A stretch of DNA of 64,000 nt from Cycas panzhihuaensis (Eukaryota; Plantae; Cycadophyta), in NCBI GenBank assembly GCA_023213395.1, contig CM041465.1, forward strand, positions 205,351,741 through 205,415,740, read 5' to 3'. Positions 49,194 to 63,309 of this stretch are shown here, one piece after another. A model generated the notes under the pieces. That model did no database searches and had not been told where the DNA came from. It saw nothing but the letters and a program-made list of their open reading frames with translations. Positions within the stretch are counted from its first letter, which is position 1; each line of letters starts with the position of its first letter. The position numbers and the translations under genes are program-made.

Positions 49194-52100
49194 ATGAAGC
49201 TAGTTTCTTAGAATATAAGGGGAATGAATGCTCCATCTAAACAAAGAGTACTGAAGGATATGAGGTTGAGAGAGCAACCATATATTACTTTTCCATAGGA
49301 GACAAAGATGAATATCAAAAATAACTTGTGAATCAAGGAAGTTTTGGAAGAAAGTTAGGATGCTAACAGCGAATAAAAACTACAAGACAGGGGGGTTGAT
49401 GGTGTTGTAGAACTTAAGAGATTGGTTGGGGGAGATTGTTAAGGTAGGGGACAGTTATATCTTTGTGTGGTTTATAGATATAAAGTCTAATTTGAAATGG
49501 ATAATTATAAATGTGTATGCTCCAAACTACTTAATGGAGTGGAGAGCTTTCTAGGAAGGGTTGTTGGAAGACCACAAGGAGTATAGGTTACCCTAGCTGG
49601 TAGCTGGTGATTTTAATAGAAGTATTGGTAGCTGTCACATCTAGGTGATGCTTGACAAAGTGTTGATAAATTATAAATTGGCAAGTTGCTTTAAGCACAT
49701 AGACCTAGGAGTGCTCCCAAAAGCTATATCAAATCACTCCCCCCTCTAACTTATTTCCTCTATTGGTGAGAAACACAAGGGATCTCCATTCAAATTTGAA
49801 CTGATGTGGATTAGCCACCCTAATCTCAGAGACAGGATTAAGGAGTAATAGAAGACTCCTATCCAAGGTTATGTGATGTATAGGTTTTCAAAAAATCTGG
49901 ATTGGCTTAAGGGGCAAGTAAAAAGATGGAATAAGGAAAAGTTTGGTAACATCTTCACTATAAAAGAGAAAATATTTAGGAATCTAGAAATAACTAAGAG
50001 GAGGATCCAGGAGGATGGAAGATCAAAGGAACTAAATAAAATAGAAAAGGACCTAATAGAGAATTTAGAGGAATCCCTAATCAAGGAGAAGATTCATTGG
50101 AAATAGAAATCTAGGGCTCTTTGGTTAGCTGATGGAGATAGAAACACTAAATATTTTCATATGATAGCTATGAGAAATAGAGTTAGTAACAGAATCGGTA
50201 GCCTTCTGAATAAGGACAGCCAGGAAGTTAAGGGCTAAGAGTTTTTAATGGCTACTACTATGGATTATTTGAAAGACTTATTTGACGAACCAGGATGCCA
50301 AGATGAGGAGGATATAAAGGCCTTCCTTAGGACTATTCTAAACTTGGTCAGTGAATCCCAAAATGACATGCCTAAAGTTCCCTTTACTATGGAGGAAATT
50401 AGAAAAAAAAAAATGGGATGAAGAGGGAGAAATCCCTCTGCCCAGATGGGTTTCCCCGGGGGTTCTACCAAGAATTCTATGATATCATCAAAAGGGATTT
50501 AAAGGAAGTTGTGGATGAATTCCACAAGAAGCACAAGCTCTTAGGTGAATGGCAAGCTACTTTTATTGTTTTAATACCAAAGAAAGAGGGTGAAAAAAGG
50601 TTGGAGGAGTTCCACCCTATAAGCTTATGTAATGTTAAATAGAAAAATCTTTCTAAAATACTAGCAAACAGACTGAAGAAAGTCCTCCCAAGGATTATTT
50701 CTTCAAACCAGGATGAGTTCATCCAAGGAAGGCAGATCATGGATGGCACAATATTGGTCCATGAGATGCTTCACTTAGCTCATATGAGGAGGGAATCTAG
50801 TATGCTAATTAAAATCAATCTTTCAAAGGCCTATGACAGAGTTTTCTAGGAGTGCCTCATGGAATGTATGAATGCTTTTTTATTTAGAGATGTTTGGAGA
50901 GACTGGATGCACCTATGTATATCCAAACCTTAATACTCTGTGATTGTTAATGGTCTGTCATCAAGCTTCTTCCCAGGCATGAGAGGTCTGAGGCAAAGAG
51001 ATCCATTATCCCCTTCTTTGTTCGTCATTATGGCTGAAATGTTGGGTAGAGCCATAGAGGAGGCCAGAAGGGTGGGCATAATTAGCGAAGTGAATCCCAC
51101 CTCTAATATTGAAAATGCACTTCACTATCAATTTATTGACATGAACATCTTTCTATAAAAAGTGGCAGTGAAGGAAGTGTGCAACTTTAAAGAAGGTATG
51201 GAGAAGTTTGAAAAGGCCACAAATCAGAAGATTAACCTTAATAAGAGCAGTGTTTTTTTCATAAACACTCTAGAGCACATGCAAAGGAGGATCAATGGTT
51301 TATTAGTGATGATAATCTGTAGGTTGCCCACCTCTTGCTTGGGTATGCCCTTATTCGTGGGAAATATGAACAAGGAAATATGGAACCTAGTTATAAATAA
51401 GATCTAGAACAAGTTGGTTGGTTGGAAGGGAGACACATTAAGCCAAGCAGGGAAGGTTCTACTGGTAGAAACCTCCCTTCAGAGTATCCCAGTGTACCTA
51501 ATGTCCTTGTTTAGACTCCTAAGTTAGCTAGTAGTGATATTAGAATCTATTTAGAAGAGGTTCCTATGGTCTAGGGTAGAGGAGAGGGATATAGTTCATT
51601 TGGTGGGTTGGGAAAAGGTGTGCCTCCCAAAATGGGTAGGAGGCTTAAACCTTAAAAGGCTCTCATTATTTAACATTGCCTTGGTAGCAAAGATAGGTTA
51701 GCATCTGGCTAAGTGGGAAGGAGGTTTATAGTAAAGGATTTTATCCCAAAAATACCTCTAAGGAAGAAACTTTCTCAATGCAAATATGTCCTCCTCCAAT
51801 GGATCATCCATTTGGAGGAGCATCCTAAAAACTAGAGAGATGCTTAGGGAAGGGGTATAATGGAGATTAGATGATGGACAAACTATTAGATTCTGGGAGG
51901 ATATCTAGTGTGGAGATGAGAAGTTTAAGAATAGACCTGAGTTGGCCCCTCTGAAGATCTCGTGTGAGACTGTAGAATTCTTGTTAAGGACTATTAGATT
52001 AGTAGAGGTAGAAATAGAAAATGGAGGAATTTTAAGGAGTTGGAAGGTGATAATGTCTCTCAGGAAAGGACTATGACCTTGAGGGCAGAAATAGAAAGAT

Positions 52101-53254
52101 GTTATATCCCAAAAGTAGAGGGAGCTGACAATATGGTATGGTTGTTATCTTATTCAAGTGAGTACTCTGTGAAGTAAGGATACAACTATTTATGCCTTGT
52201 CAGGGGAGACTAAAGAAACTCGATCATGGAAGGGGTCTAGAAGCTAGACCTATATCCAAAGATTGCAATGTTTTGGTGGGTGTGCTTGAAGAACAAAATC
52301 CTTATAGTTGATAATCTTAAGAAGAAGGGGTTTGTAATGCCAAACATATGTGTTCTATGCTAGATAAAGGAAGAATCCATAGACCATATTCTCCTCCACT
52401 GTGATTTTTCTAAGAAAGTGTGAAGGCTAGTCATGAACTTGTTTGAAGTCCAATAGACGCATTTTAGGACTTTAGTGGAGCAATGGCTATCCTAAAGCAG
52501 CCCCTTTAGGAGAAAAACTCTATCTAACATATGGAGAGCCTCACTTCTAATAATGATGTGGAATCTCTAGAAGGAAAGAAACAAGAGAGTATTTCAAGAC
52601 AAATAACTTGATGAATATAGGATTTTCAACACCATTTATTCAAAAATCAAGGAGGCTGAGAAACCCAAAGATGAAAAATATATGGTCCCTCATGAGAGTC
52701 ATATATTAAAGAAATGGAGGATGACTCCCAATATCCAAAAAGAGCAAAGGAGGCATATTTCCTAGGTTTCCCTAAGAGAAGCTTGGGTAAAAATCAACTT
52801 CGATGGGGCCTCGAAAGGAAACCCTGGGGAAGTTGAGGGAGAGGGTATATGGAGAGATAGTAAAGGGGAAGTTAAGTGGGCTTTTATTGAATATTATGGT
52901 CAACAAACTAACCATATGGCAAAGATGGCTGCCATGATGAGAGCCATGGAAGTAGTTATAGAGTAAGGACATGACAAGATAGTTATAGAAGGAGATTTAC
53001 TAAATATAATTAATCTCCTCAAAGGCTCAACAGATCTAGAGTGGAGAACCAAATCTCTAATCAAGGATATGTAAGAAGCTCTAAAAGGAGCTAAGGAGGT
53101 TCAAATTAGACATACCTACAGAGAAGGGAATAGGGCAGCAGACATGTTGCCAAACTGGGGCATCAGTCATAGAAGGGCCAAGGAGTCAGGGGAGGATCTT
53201 CCCAAGGACATCTGGAGACTGGTTGAGGAGAAGAGGACCCATGAGAGCCAGTAG
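49194..53254 (+). pseudogene. LINE ORF2 (APE endonuclease, RT, zf-RVT, RNase H), disrupted
   Basis: MKLVS*NIRGMN, NVYAPN, AGDFN; RT LIPKKEG..FHPISLCN and GLRQRDPLSPSLF; CVLC..EESIDHILLHC; RH WVKINFDGASKGNPG...HTYREGNRAAD. Confidence 0.95.
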
Positions 53255-56200
53255 AGTTAGTCATTATACTTACCTAGAAGTGTATTACTATAGATGATTA
53301 GGGTTCAACTAGGCCATGGGCTTTTCATGGCCATGATATTTTAGCCTGAGGGGCATTTATTTGTATTAGGTTTTGAGATCCTGTCAAAACCCAAATTGAT
53401 TATTTTACCTTATCAACAAAAAAGATTAAAAGTGATAAATATTACTTAATTTAAATTATCTACTATTATAAACCACATAAAATCTTTAAAATTAATGGAA
53501 AAAGGACTTATATACCTAATTGATTAATAATAAATAATGTTAATAAATAAAGTACTAGTTATTCTTACCTTCACCTAAGAATATAAATGGAAATGATAAT
53601 AAGCCTTCTCCTTTCTTTGGTAGCAAGTGGTTAATGTAATGTAGAGCCCCATGATACATCACTCATTGATTCATTTTCTTCCTTAGATGGAAAAGTAAGT
53701 CAAGCTTATCAGTATAAGGGATAATTCTCTAAGAAGAGAATTATACTTCTTCTTCAATAATTTCCTACACATTTGTAGTGATCAGGGGCATCGACATTAT
53801 TCTTTTTTAAGGATAAAATTAGGCAAAATATGGCTAGAATCAAATTCTTTTATTGGATGTTGAAAATACTTGATTCCATCATTAAACATCCTAAAAAAGG
53901 TTATTTCTTTAAGTTTAAAAATTTAATCTATTATAATATAATTATTAGTTAACAACTTCAAGAATTTAAATTTTTATATTTTACCTCTCTAGTGTGACCA
54001 AATATTGTGGTGTAATTTTTTATATGGGTTGATGAAATAATCTATACCACTCCCTTACCATTTTGCTGATGATATTAAACAAAAAGCATATAATGACTAA
54101 GAGAAAAAGCTAGTTTCTAATGATGCATACCATAATTTACTTAGAACTTGACATGTGGACCTCCATGTAATACTCTTATGGGGTTAAGACCACTTTGAGT
54201 AGGGTAATTCCCCACTTTTCCCTTCATTTTATCTCTCTAAATATTCCTTCCAAAAATCATAATATTTTTTATTATGTTACAATCTTTCTAGTCAAGACTA
54301 TAATATTTACTTTATTAATACCACAACAAGTTAGTGATTATTTTTGTCATATATTTACATAATTGTATTTTTGAAAAAACATTTTTTTTTTTGTTAGAAC
54401 CATGATTGTTGCTCAATTAGAACTATGGTCTTTTATTTCTTAACTTTATTATGATTTCAATATTGTAATTTCCCTCTCAAACTATAATTTTATTGTGACA
54501 CCATGATCTTAGTTGGCTCAAACCATAATCTTTAGTGTATTACTTCTATGGAATCCTGCACTATGGTTTTTTCCCTCATACTATGACACTCCCTATGACA
54601 CTATAAATTCCCTTATTAGAAACTATGGAATTAGTTCTATCAATCACTTGAATAAGGAGATATACATTTTCTACTTCACATTATGGTCTTCTATTAAAAA
54701 AAAAAAAAGGATATTTAATAAATTTAATGTTGTTTCTTAAGAAGACTATAATTTTCTATAACATTGACTGTAGTTTTGGCTTTTTGAGGCAATAATATTT
54801 GTTTTCCTTAATTTCTAGGATTTTTGTTCCTCCTAAGCAACTTTTAGACCCATTTCCTATGGGGAAAAAACATGGGATTCCCTATAAACAAGTGGAATTT
54901 AGAGAAAATATCTAAAATATCTTACTTATAGATATATTTTTTTTTATGAAAAAGGGGTTACCTTTTATGAATTGTAGAGTGGATATACTTCCTTTGTTTC
55001 CATACTATTACTCTATTGACTAAGTATTTAATAATATAAGAAATATCTTACCCATTTAGAGTTTGTTTTATTAGCTTCACTTCTTATTTTTATGTGATAC
55101 TAGGCTTGTTGCTACACCTTCTTCCCTTCCACATAAGGAGAAGAAGCCCTTATTTCAACATTTGTTCCCTTCACATCCTACTCATAATATTAAGCAAGCA
55201 TTGGAGGAATTTGATTTTATCTCATAGTATACAAGTTCCTAACTAAGGCATCTACACCAACATAAAGGTATTATCTTAATTTATTCTATTTGTTTCTTTT
55301 TTTCTTACTATTTCTTTCTTTTATCATTAAGTTAATGCTTGCTAATTTACTAAGTTTATATTTGGAATTATTATTTGTTTTTATAATTGGATAACCTTAT
55401 TTTTAATAACTTTTGTTAGTTCTTACTCTCTTATTTCTTATTTCTATAGATATAGGCATTATTATGCCCAAATTATTATATTATTATGATATTTAAGTTT
55501 GCTAGTCCATCTTTGTTTTAATATCTTTTTGTAATTAATCTCTCTTTCTAATAAGGAGGTTTCTGCTAATCCCTTCTCATTGGATAATGTGGTTGTTGTC
55601 TTTACCTTATTAATATTTATGTGTAGGATTGTTTGCTAGATTTTTTTATGCTCCTTCTAGTGGATAGGATGGAGTAGCAAGGGACTAGTTTGTGAGGTGT
55701 TCTTAAACAAATGCATAAAAATAATAGAAAACTATTCAAATATTTAATAGGGAATGCAAGATGTGAATGAAATATTTTTGCATTTCTAAATGCTTATTGC
55801 ATGAAAGTAGAAATGGAAATTGTCATAAGATAGTAGGACAATATTCAATGTAAAGAAAATATAAATATCTAATATTTAGAAAAATAATCTAACATAATAG
55901 AAGAACAAGATAGTATATATAAAAAGCCATTATCAGATTGGAACATATATCTACTCACTTAACAAATATAACTAATCAAATAAATTTTATCTCATTGATA
56001 AGTTCAAAATGTTAAAATTAAACGAGTGACTATAACTATCCCTCATTAACTAATATCTCAAACTTTAACAAAGTCTTGAAACAAAACCCTAAGAGGTTGA
56101 AAGAAATATAGCCTTTATAAAGAAAGAGAAAATAAGCCTAAGAATAACTTTCTTATATTTCATTATTTAGTAAAAGAAGAGTTTTAGATAAGAGAAAGAA

Positions 56201-58384
56201 AAAAAATAAAAGAAGCCAGTTAGAGTGCATCAATTTAAACCTTAATCCAAAATAGCCCTTCTCCTTTTCTATTAGATTAATGATGGATGGTCATGTCAAT
56301 CGTACAACTAATCTAACCACTTAATCATTGTCTCTAGTACTAAAAACCATCTATTTTAATTTGTTCACTCCATCTTTAAAATGCTATAGAGACTTAGACT
56401 TGATCAACAATGTCTAGGTTTTTCATTGATATAGGTAAGTTTGTATCTTTCTTATATGCAATCTAATGATAATCTCCCAAAAGGGGAATTCCTTACTTAT
56501 GATTAAATTTCTTTATTTCATTGCATACTATTTAGAATTTCATTAGATTTAAGGAATTAGGAAATAATATTGCCTAGGCTATTTCTTTGTTGGGATCATC
56601 AAAAGTAATTAGAGATTTTCTCCAGGGTGGACTTCTCACTCTACTTACCTTTGTCTTCACCTTATAATTCTTAATGCTCAAGAGGCCTTTCCAATATAGT
56701 AGTGCTAACCTCATGTCCTATACTTATTGTATCCCTTTTCTTTTACTCTCTAATGACAAACTTTTACCTCTTTTTCTTTCACTTTCTTTTCTTTTATGTT
56801 TCATTTTTCCCTCACAGAAATATACATGATGCTATGCAATCCTCTTATTCATAGAATTATATTTCTTTAAAGCATAGATAATTTCATTAGGAGATCATAT
56901 TTTAATATGTGCCAGTGGTGTAAGAAAGTAAAAGGATTTGTTTTCCCCATTTAAGATTCCCTTATTTTCTTTATCAAACTAAGAAATATACACCTTGACA
57001 ATATAGGTAGCGGGTATTACCTTAATTTCATAGCTTACCTAAGAAGGCTACAACTGCTTAGTCTTCTCATGCCTACTTAATCTTTATCATATATAGCATA
57101 TAGGTCCAACTTCAAGTTGTCCTGAGTATTAATCATCATTGAATTGGAGGATTCTTAGTCTTCCTTTTTAAACATCGAGTTGGGTTATTAGAAGAGATGA
57201 AGAAGCATGGAAAAAATATGATCCTTAGACATGGGAAGTAATGCATTGGGTCATAATACTCAGTTGTTTAGGTAATCTTATTAGTTGTGCTTGGGTATAA
57301 ATAGAATTTTATCATCTTTTAGAATGCTAGAAATTTTTAAGGCCCATTGTAGTGATAATAAGATGATCAATAGATAGATGAAAAAGGAAAGAGTAGGGTG
57401 AATTGAATTAACATGCTTAAAGAAATAAATGAAGGATTAGTGGGATTATTAATAAGTTAAGTAGGAGAATTAATAAAAATCTATTCCAAATTAATGAAAA
57501 TCTACCTTTATATTGTAGGATCACACCTACATCCACATACACACATATGTGCATTGAGACTTAATATTTAATTCTTCTAGTTGTAAGACACTTGAGGTGG
57601 GAGTGTCTATTCACTAAGACCTATACCTATACCTTAGGCAAAATCCACACTCCTTTTGTATACTTCACTTACAAGATATTAGATGTAAGACACGAGAAAA
57701 TTTTCCCAAAAAATTCTAAGTGTTAACTTGGAAGACGTCTCCCTTTGCTTAATCCTAATGGTAGGGATCAAATTGAGTACTTTGATTTGATGTTTAAGGC
57801 TTATTTATCTATTCACCTCACTCTTTCCATTTTCTTTATGGTTAATGATTGGGACACTTTTATCCATCCTAATCTAATGGTTGGGAGCACCCAACTATGT
57901 TATCTTTACTCGTAGTTGGCATCCCATGCTTTGTTGCATTCCTCTTCAACTTACAACTTATGTTATATAGGATATTATATGTGAATAAATAAATCCATAA
58001 AAGTTTCTAAGGAATAAGCTTTTTTTGCTTTCCATTTTTCCTTGTATTTTCTAGTCTTCTTTAGGGACTACTTTTCAAATTTTTACCTATGATAGAACAA
58101 CCTCTTCTTTATTTCAAATTGCAAGCACATTTGGCTAATTCCTACTATAAAAGGGAACCTACTCCAGTTCCCATTCTCACTTAGATTGCCTTCATAATTT
58201 GAAGATCATCACTAAGTAAAAATAATAAGTATAATAAGTTTTGGTAAAAGAAGGTTAGGATGTACCCTTCAACAAGCAATATTTAGCATCCCTACTTCTT
58301 ATTATCCCTTATAGGTTATAAGAACAAAATTATTCTTCTATCTAAGTATTTATATATGTACATGTTTTCATCTTAGAATCACCC

Positions 58385-60240
58385 TGCATATAAGTGCTTT
58401 AGGAACTTCTTATTGACAGGAATAGGCAATGATTCATTCAATAGGTTCTTTGAACAAAAAGCATTTTCATCAATAGAATCAGAGATTATATAAGGACCTA
58501 ACCATAATTAATTAAACTTTCAATATAAATCAAGTGTTTTATGTGCTTTATCCCACATCAATACCTTGTCACCTAGTTGGAAAATATTTTTCATATTGGA
58601 TCTTTTATCGAAAACTTCCTTAACCTTTTACTAATATGTTTCAATGTGGTCTAAGGCATTATGTTACTTCTCATCTAGTGCTAATAAACTTTGCAATATC
58701 AAGGCCAGGAGAGAAAGGCTCCCATTCTCACATTCCATTTACTATAAATATTTTAAAGATAAGTGGGAGGCATCATATCCTCTTTGCTATAAGCTAAAAG
58801 ATATGGGGAGTGTCCAATTGACTCTTTCTTAGTAATATTATAAGCCCATAAAACCTAGTATAGCTTGATATATCAATCCCATTGATTTTGTGTAATAGAC
58901 ATTTTTATTAGTCTAGTTAAGTTCTTTTTCGAGGACTTTGTTAACCCATTTCCTTAGGGGTTGTACTCAGAAGAAGTATTGAGGACCATCCCATATTTTC
59001 TAATGAAATGTAATATTTTTAAATAAGTAAAAATTAATTTATTATCAAAGATCAAAATAATAGGAACACCAAATCTAGGCATTAGAAACTATTCTAGAAT
59101 CTCAATGACTATTATTAAACATACTTTGATAGAGGAAACAACCTAAGTTTAACATGTTAAGTAGTCGATCATAGTGTGTACATATACATTTCCTTTACTT
59201 GAGGGAGGATTTATTAGAACTATATAGTCTATACCCCATTTTTTGAATGGTTGATTAGTAAAGATAGATTTAAGGGACATGGATACTAAATGTTGTTTTC
59301 GTAGATAGAATACAATTTCTCACTAGGCTAAAAGGATCATTAAATAATGTTGTCCAAATAAAACATGCACTCAAGGTTTTATGAGCAATGTATTTCACTA
59401 TAAAATATCCTCCATAAAGCCCCAAATAAAATATTTTTATCACATTAGTAGCTTCTTATGTTTAGAGCCATTTTAATAGAGTTCCCTCGAAGGCTCTTAT
59501 ATATAAATACCCCTAAATGAGGACATATGATATGACTCTAAGCTTGAGAGTTCTCTTACCTTTCTTAAGTAAATTCCCCAAACAAATCCTATGTGTTTGA
59601 TAAAAATAAATATCTTACAAAATAGACAAGAAGGGATTATTATTACCATCTAAAACTTAGAAGCCCACCAGGTCTTTTAAATGATTCTTTTATTTGTTTG
59701 ACTCATATGAATCCATAATGGTCTTCAAATAATACTTAATAATAGAGGCCCTATTCTTTTGCTATTTATACTAATCTAGCATCTAAGTCAAGTTCTTGGA
59801 TTTTGTCTAACCACTTAGCCCATTTCTTGAGGGATCGATTTGATTTAGCATAATCTTGACTAGAACCAAAGCAACATATGCAATGGTATAATTTTATATG
59901 ATATAAGATTTAAAATCCTCAATTACCTTTACTAGGGAAGTCTTTTACTTTTCAATCATTGAATATTATAGTCAATATTCTTTAAGTGTCCTTCTAAAAA
60001 ATATAATTGGATTTTCTTCATTATCATCACTAGTTTATATTAGAATCATTGTATAAGCTCCTTATAAAGCATATGAGTAGATGGTAAAATCTTTCATGAA
60101 GTTTAAGCTAGTTAGGACTAGAGCTTAGGCAATGCATTCTTTAATATGATTGAAAATGTTTTTAGCCTCCTTTATTTATTAGAAGTTTATCTTTGTTGAT
60201 GTTAATGTGTATTTATAACTCATAACTTAGGTCATGAGCC
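58385..60240 (-). pseudogene. Heavily decayed Gypsy (Tat-like) RH-integrase remnant
   Basis: Minus-strand motifs ALVLTSLNFMKDFTIYSYA (~60060-60125), KWAKWLDKIQELDL (~59780-59825), FQLGDKVLMWDK and LWLGPYII...PIPVNKKFLKHLY (~58390-58585). Confidence 0.75.
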
Positions 60241-61201
60241 TCCTTTAAAGTTTTATATATTATTAGATTTTAGAATTATTAAATTGTAATGTGAGTGATG
60301 AGTGATTAAGGATTATAACTCTTACATCACATATCAAATAGGTAGGAAATAAATTCTATTTAAAATTTTTATATATGTACATATTGTGCATTATTGAATT
60401 TTAATGAGAACTTATATCACTTTGAGATTTTATCAATAATATAAATTTAATAGTCATATTAGTCTGATAGTTATTTTTGAAATGTTAAGTCTTCATTCCT
60501 ATTAGATAGAATATTTAATAGCTCACATTAGTATCTGAGCTAGTTTGATAATGTTGTTAAATATTGTAGTGTTATTTAGGGAGTTAATGAATTCATCTAT
60601 TTACCAATTTACAAATAATGTATAAAATTATAGGTTGCCAGTGTTCGTATATAAGCACTCCTCTATAATAGTTGTTTTCAAGCACATTCATCTGAGTACT
60701 ATCAAGCATACAAAACTAGTTATAATCTTGAAGGGTGAGCAACTTTTCACAAGCTATAGATGCTTGTTGGTTAAATTTTAATGGTATAAATTTAAACATA
60801 GGTTGAATATACCTATTTGAAATGTTTCATTTACATTTTTATTTTTCACATTAAATTGTAATTTTTTAAAATCTTCTTATATATTACATATATTTCTTTA
60901 ATGTTAACATGTTGATATGTTAAATGTTCCTTACAAGGCTTAATTTGGTTACTTTATGTATTAAGTAGGTTTTATTATTCTAATTGTGACATGCAAGTTT
61001 ATGGACTGACATGTAGGCTCAAAAAATATCATGTAGACCCAAAAGGCAGGTAGATAAAAGACAATAGAATATGAATGCATATATCTCTATTTTAAGACAA
61101 CATACTACCATAAAAGACTTCTAACAAAGACCTATGTAACAACCTTAAGATTATGGTTATATATAAAGACCTTTGTGATCGCCTTAAGATTATGATTATA
61201 T

Positions 61202-61204
<3 letters not shown>

Positions 61205-61238
<34 letters not shown>
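61205..61238. repeat. (GA)n microsatellite
   Basis: Directly visible; similar short GA tracts at ~23983-24005 and ~28777-28799. Confidence 0.95.
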
Positions 61239-61242
<4 letters not shown>

Positions 61243-62317
61243 AGAAGCAATAAAATGTTGAAGCGCCCTCAGTTACAATATTAAAGATGAGTAAAAATAC
61301 CTTAAGAGAGACTCTAGTGCATAAGAAATATAATGAAAAAAATACTATTAAAACATCATAGATCAAAATTACAGTTAAAAATCATAGTAGAAATCCATGA
61401 AAGAGGCTTAAAATTTTGACTAGAAAGTGTATTTTATAAACTTTAGAAGGGTGAATTATTAAAAATGGTATATTCTTATTGAATATTCTAAAATACATAA
61501 TATAAAGCTTATAAACTTTATCAAAAATCAAAATTTTTGGATGATTTAGGAGCTACATGACCTTGCCAATACAACCCATTGAAAGAATAATATCTCACTC
61601 GATCTACAGCAGAATTTCATTCTGAAAGATGTAGTGACCTTGTTAACATACTAGTTGTTTGTTAACCCATCATTTAATATTAATGTGGTGGTTTAACTTA
61701 ATTATGATTAATGAAATGGTGTGAGATATGCGAAGGGTCACAACCCTTATTCGTTGATACTGTACATCTATTTTCTATGTATATATTATTTATGTATTAT
61801 GTATGGTAAAGGATTCTATATATATACATACATATGTATATATTCATGTTCCTTAACATGGTATCAAAGTCATAGAGTCTTATGTAACTGAAGCTAGAAG
61901 TTGGCTAGAGTAATGAGATCATTGGTTATCAAGTGATGCCATCAAACCTAGATGTATCTTGAGGATCCATCTACTCTAATGACTTGTAGAAGTAGGCACA
62001 GTTTTTAATGGTAGTTAGGGAGGTGAAATTCACCTATTAATGAAGCAAAGTCATAGTTGGAGTCAAAATTCAAATGTGTAAGCCATGTTCATGGTATGAG
62101 TTAGCTCGTTGGGTTCATCTAAAGCTAGTTAGTGATCTGTAGTAGTGATTGAAGTTAGCAAAGCATGTTCTAATGGTGATTCAGTAGTGGTGTCAGTTTT
62201 ACTATTGACAAAACACCATAGAATTCAATATAAAATAAGCCTTTTTACTATCAAACATACCTTTCTCATTTGAGTGTGAGATTGGAGTCTTAAATTGGGG
62301 TTTTTCTACCCTTAATA

Positions 62318-62486
62318 TGAGTGTTGGGTAGTACACATGGTTGTAATAGTGTTTGTTTGGTAAAATTTAGTCTTAAGTTGGATTATGGTGTATCTGCTTG
62401 AGTGTTGGATAGTACACATGGTTGTAATAGTGTTTATTTAGTAAAATTTAGTCTTAAGTTGGATTGTGGTGTATTTGCTTGAGTGT
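62318..62486 (+). repeat. 81-bp tandem duplication in the Copia leader
   Basis: TGAGTGTTGG(G/A)TAGTACACATGGTTGTAATAGTG at 62318 and 62399. Confidence 0.95.
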
Positions 62487-63309
62487 GAGGCACTCCATTA
62501 GCATATGTGTGAGTGATATAAGCTTAGATCAACTATGTTAAGGCTGGCTAGGCTTTGTATGTACTTCCTTACCAATTATGAACAACCAAAAGTTAAATCT
62601 GGTCTGATTTTTAGTGCACGGGTTAATATTTATGTATTTGTAGTAGTCGCATCTCCATTTTATTTAATATTTAGACATGGAGATTTAAATTAATATTATT
62701 TGATTAATATTTATTAAGTTTTAGACCTTAGTAATTTAATTCAATTAAAGTGACATTAATATAAATCACGTGCATTAAATTAGGCATACAAATGTAATTC
62801 AAAATTTATATTTTTTAGAATATACCTTTTGGCATATTTCCTTTATAATATGATTTTATAAAAAAGGCCTTTGAACCATTAATATTCAATATATTTTATT
62901 TGTGAAATGTTGTGGAGTATATTGTAGTGATAAACGATCATTTTTTAGCCATTTGTTATGTGGATCTGACTTGGAAGATGTACACCTTGTACTATGTTGA
63001 GATTCTATTATTTTTTAGCATATTCTAAGAATCCTAAGTCTTTTTTAAGACTATTTTAGTATTCTCAAGACATTTTTTTGGAGTCTATTAGTGAGGGATG
63101 AATAGTTGATGAGCCACTCTAGGTATGCATAGTCATTATTCTACGTTCCCTAGTGAGTATACCTAAGATGGAGGTGATCATAGTGGTGTAAGTTTTGTCC
63201 AAAGGAATATAAGTTCATTAGTCTAGTGATTTTAACTCTTGTGTTGAAGTTTATTTCTTAAGATTGAGTGTGTGCTTCCCAAAGTTATCTTTAACAATAA
63301 TATTTTAAA

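Larger units (their letters stand above)
41018..53421 (+). mobile_element. L1-clade LINE with RNase H, near full length, interrupted by a Gypsy insertion
   Basis: 17-bp TSD AAGATTAAAAGT(A/G)ATAA at 41001-41017 and 53422-53438; short A-tail; ORF1 and ORF2 remnants. Confidence 0.93.

Noticed and set aside
57348-57955. Possible reverse-strand solo LTR
   Set aside because: TG...CA ends plausible, but no TSD and no second copy in the window.
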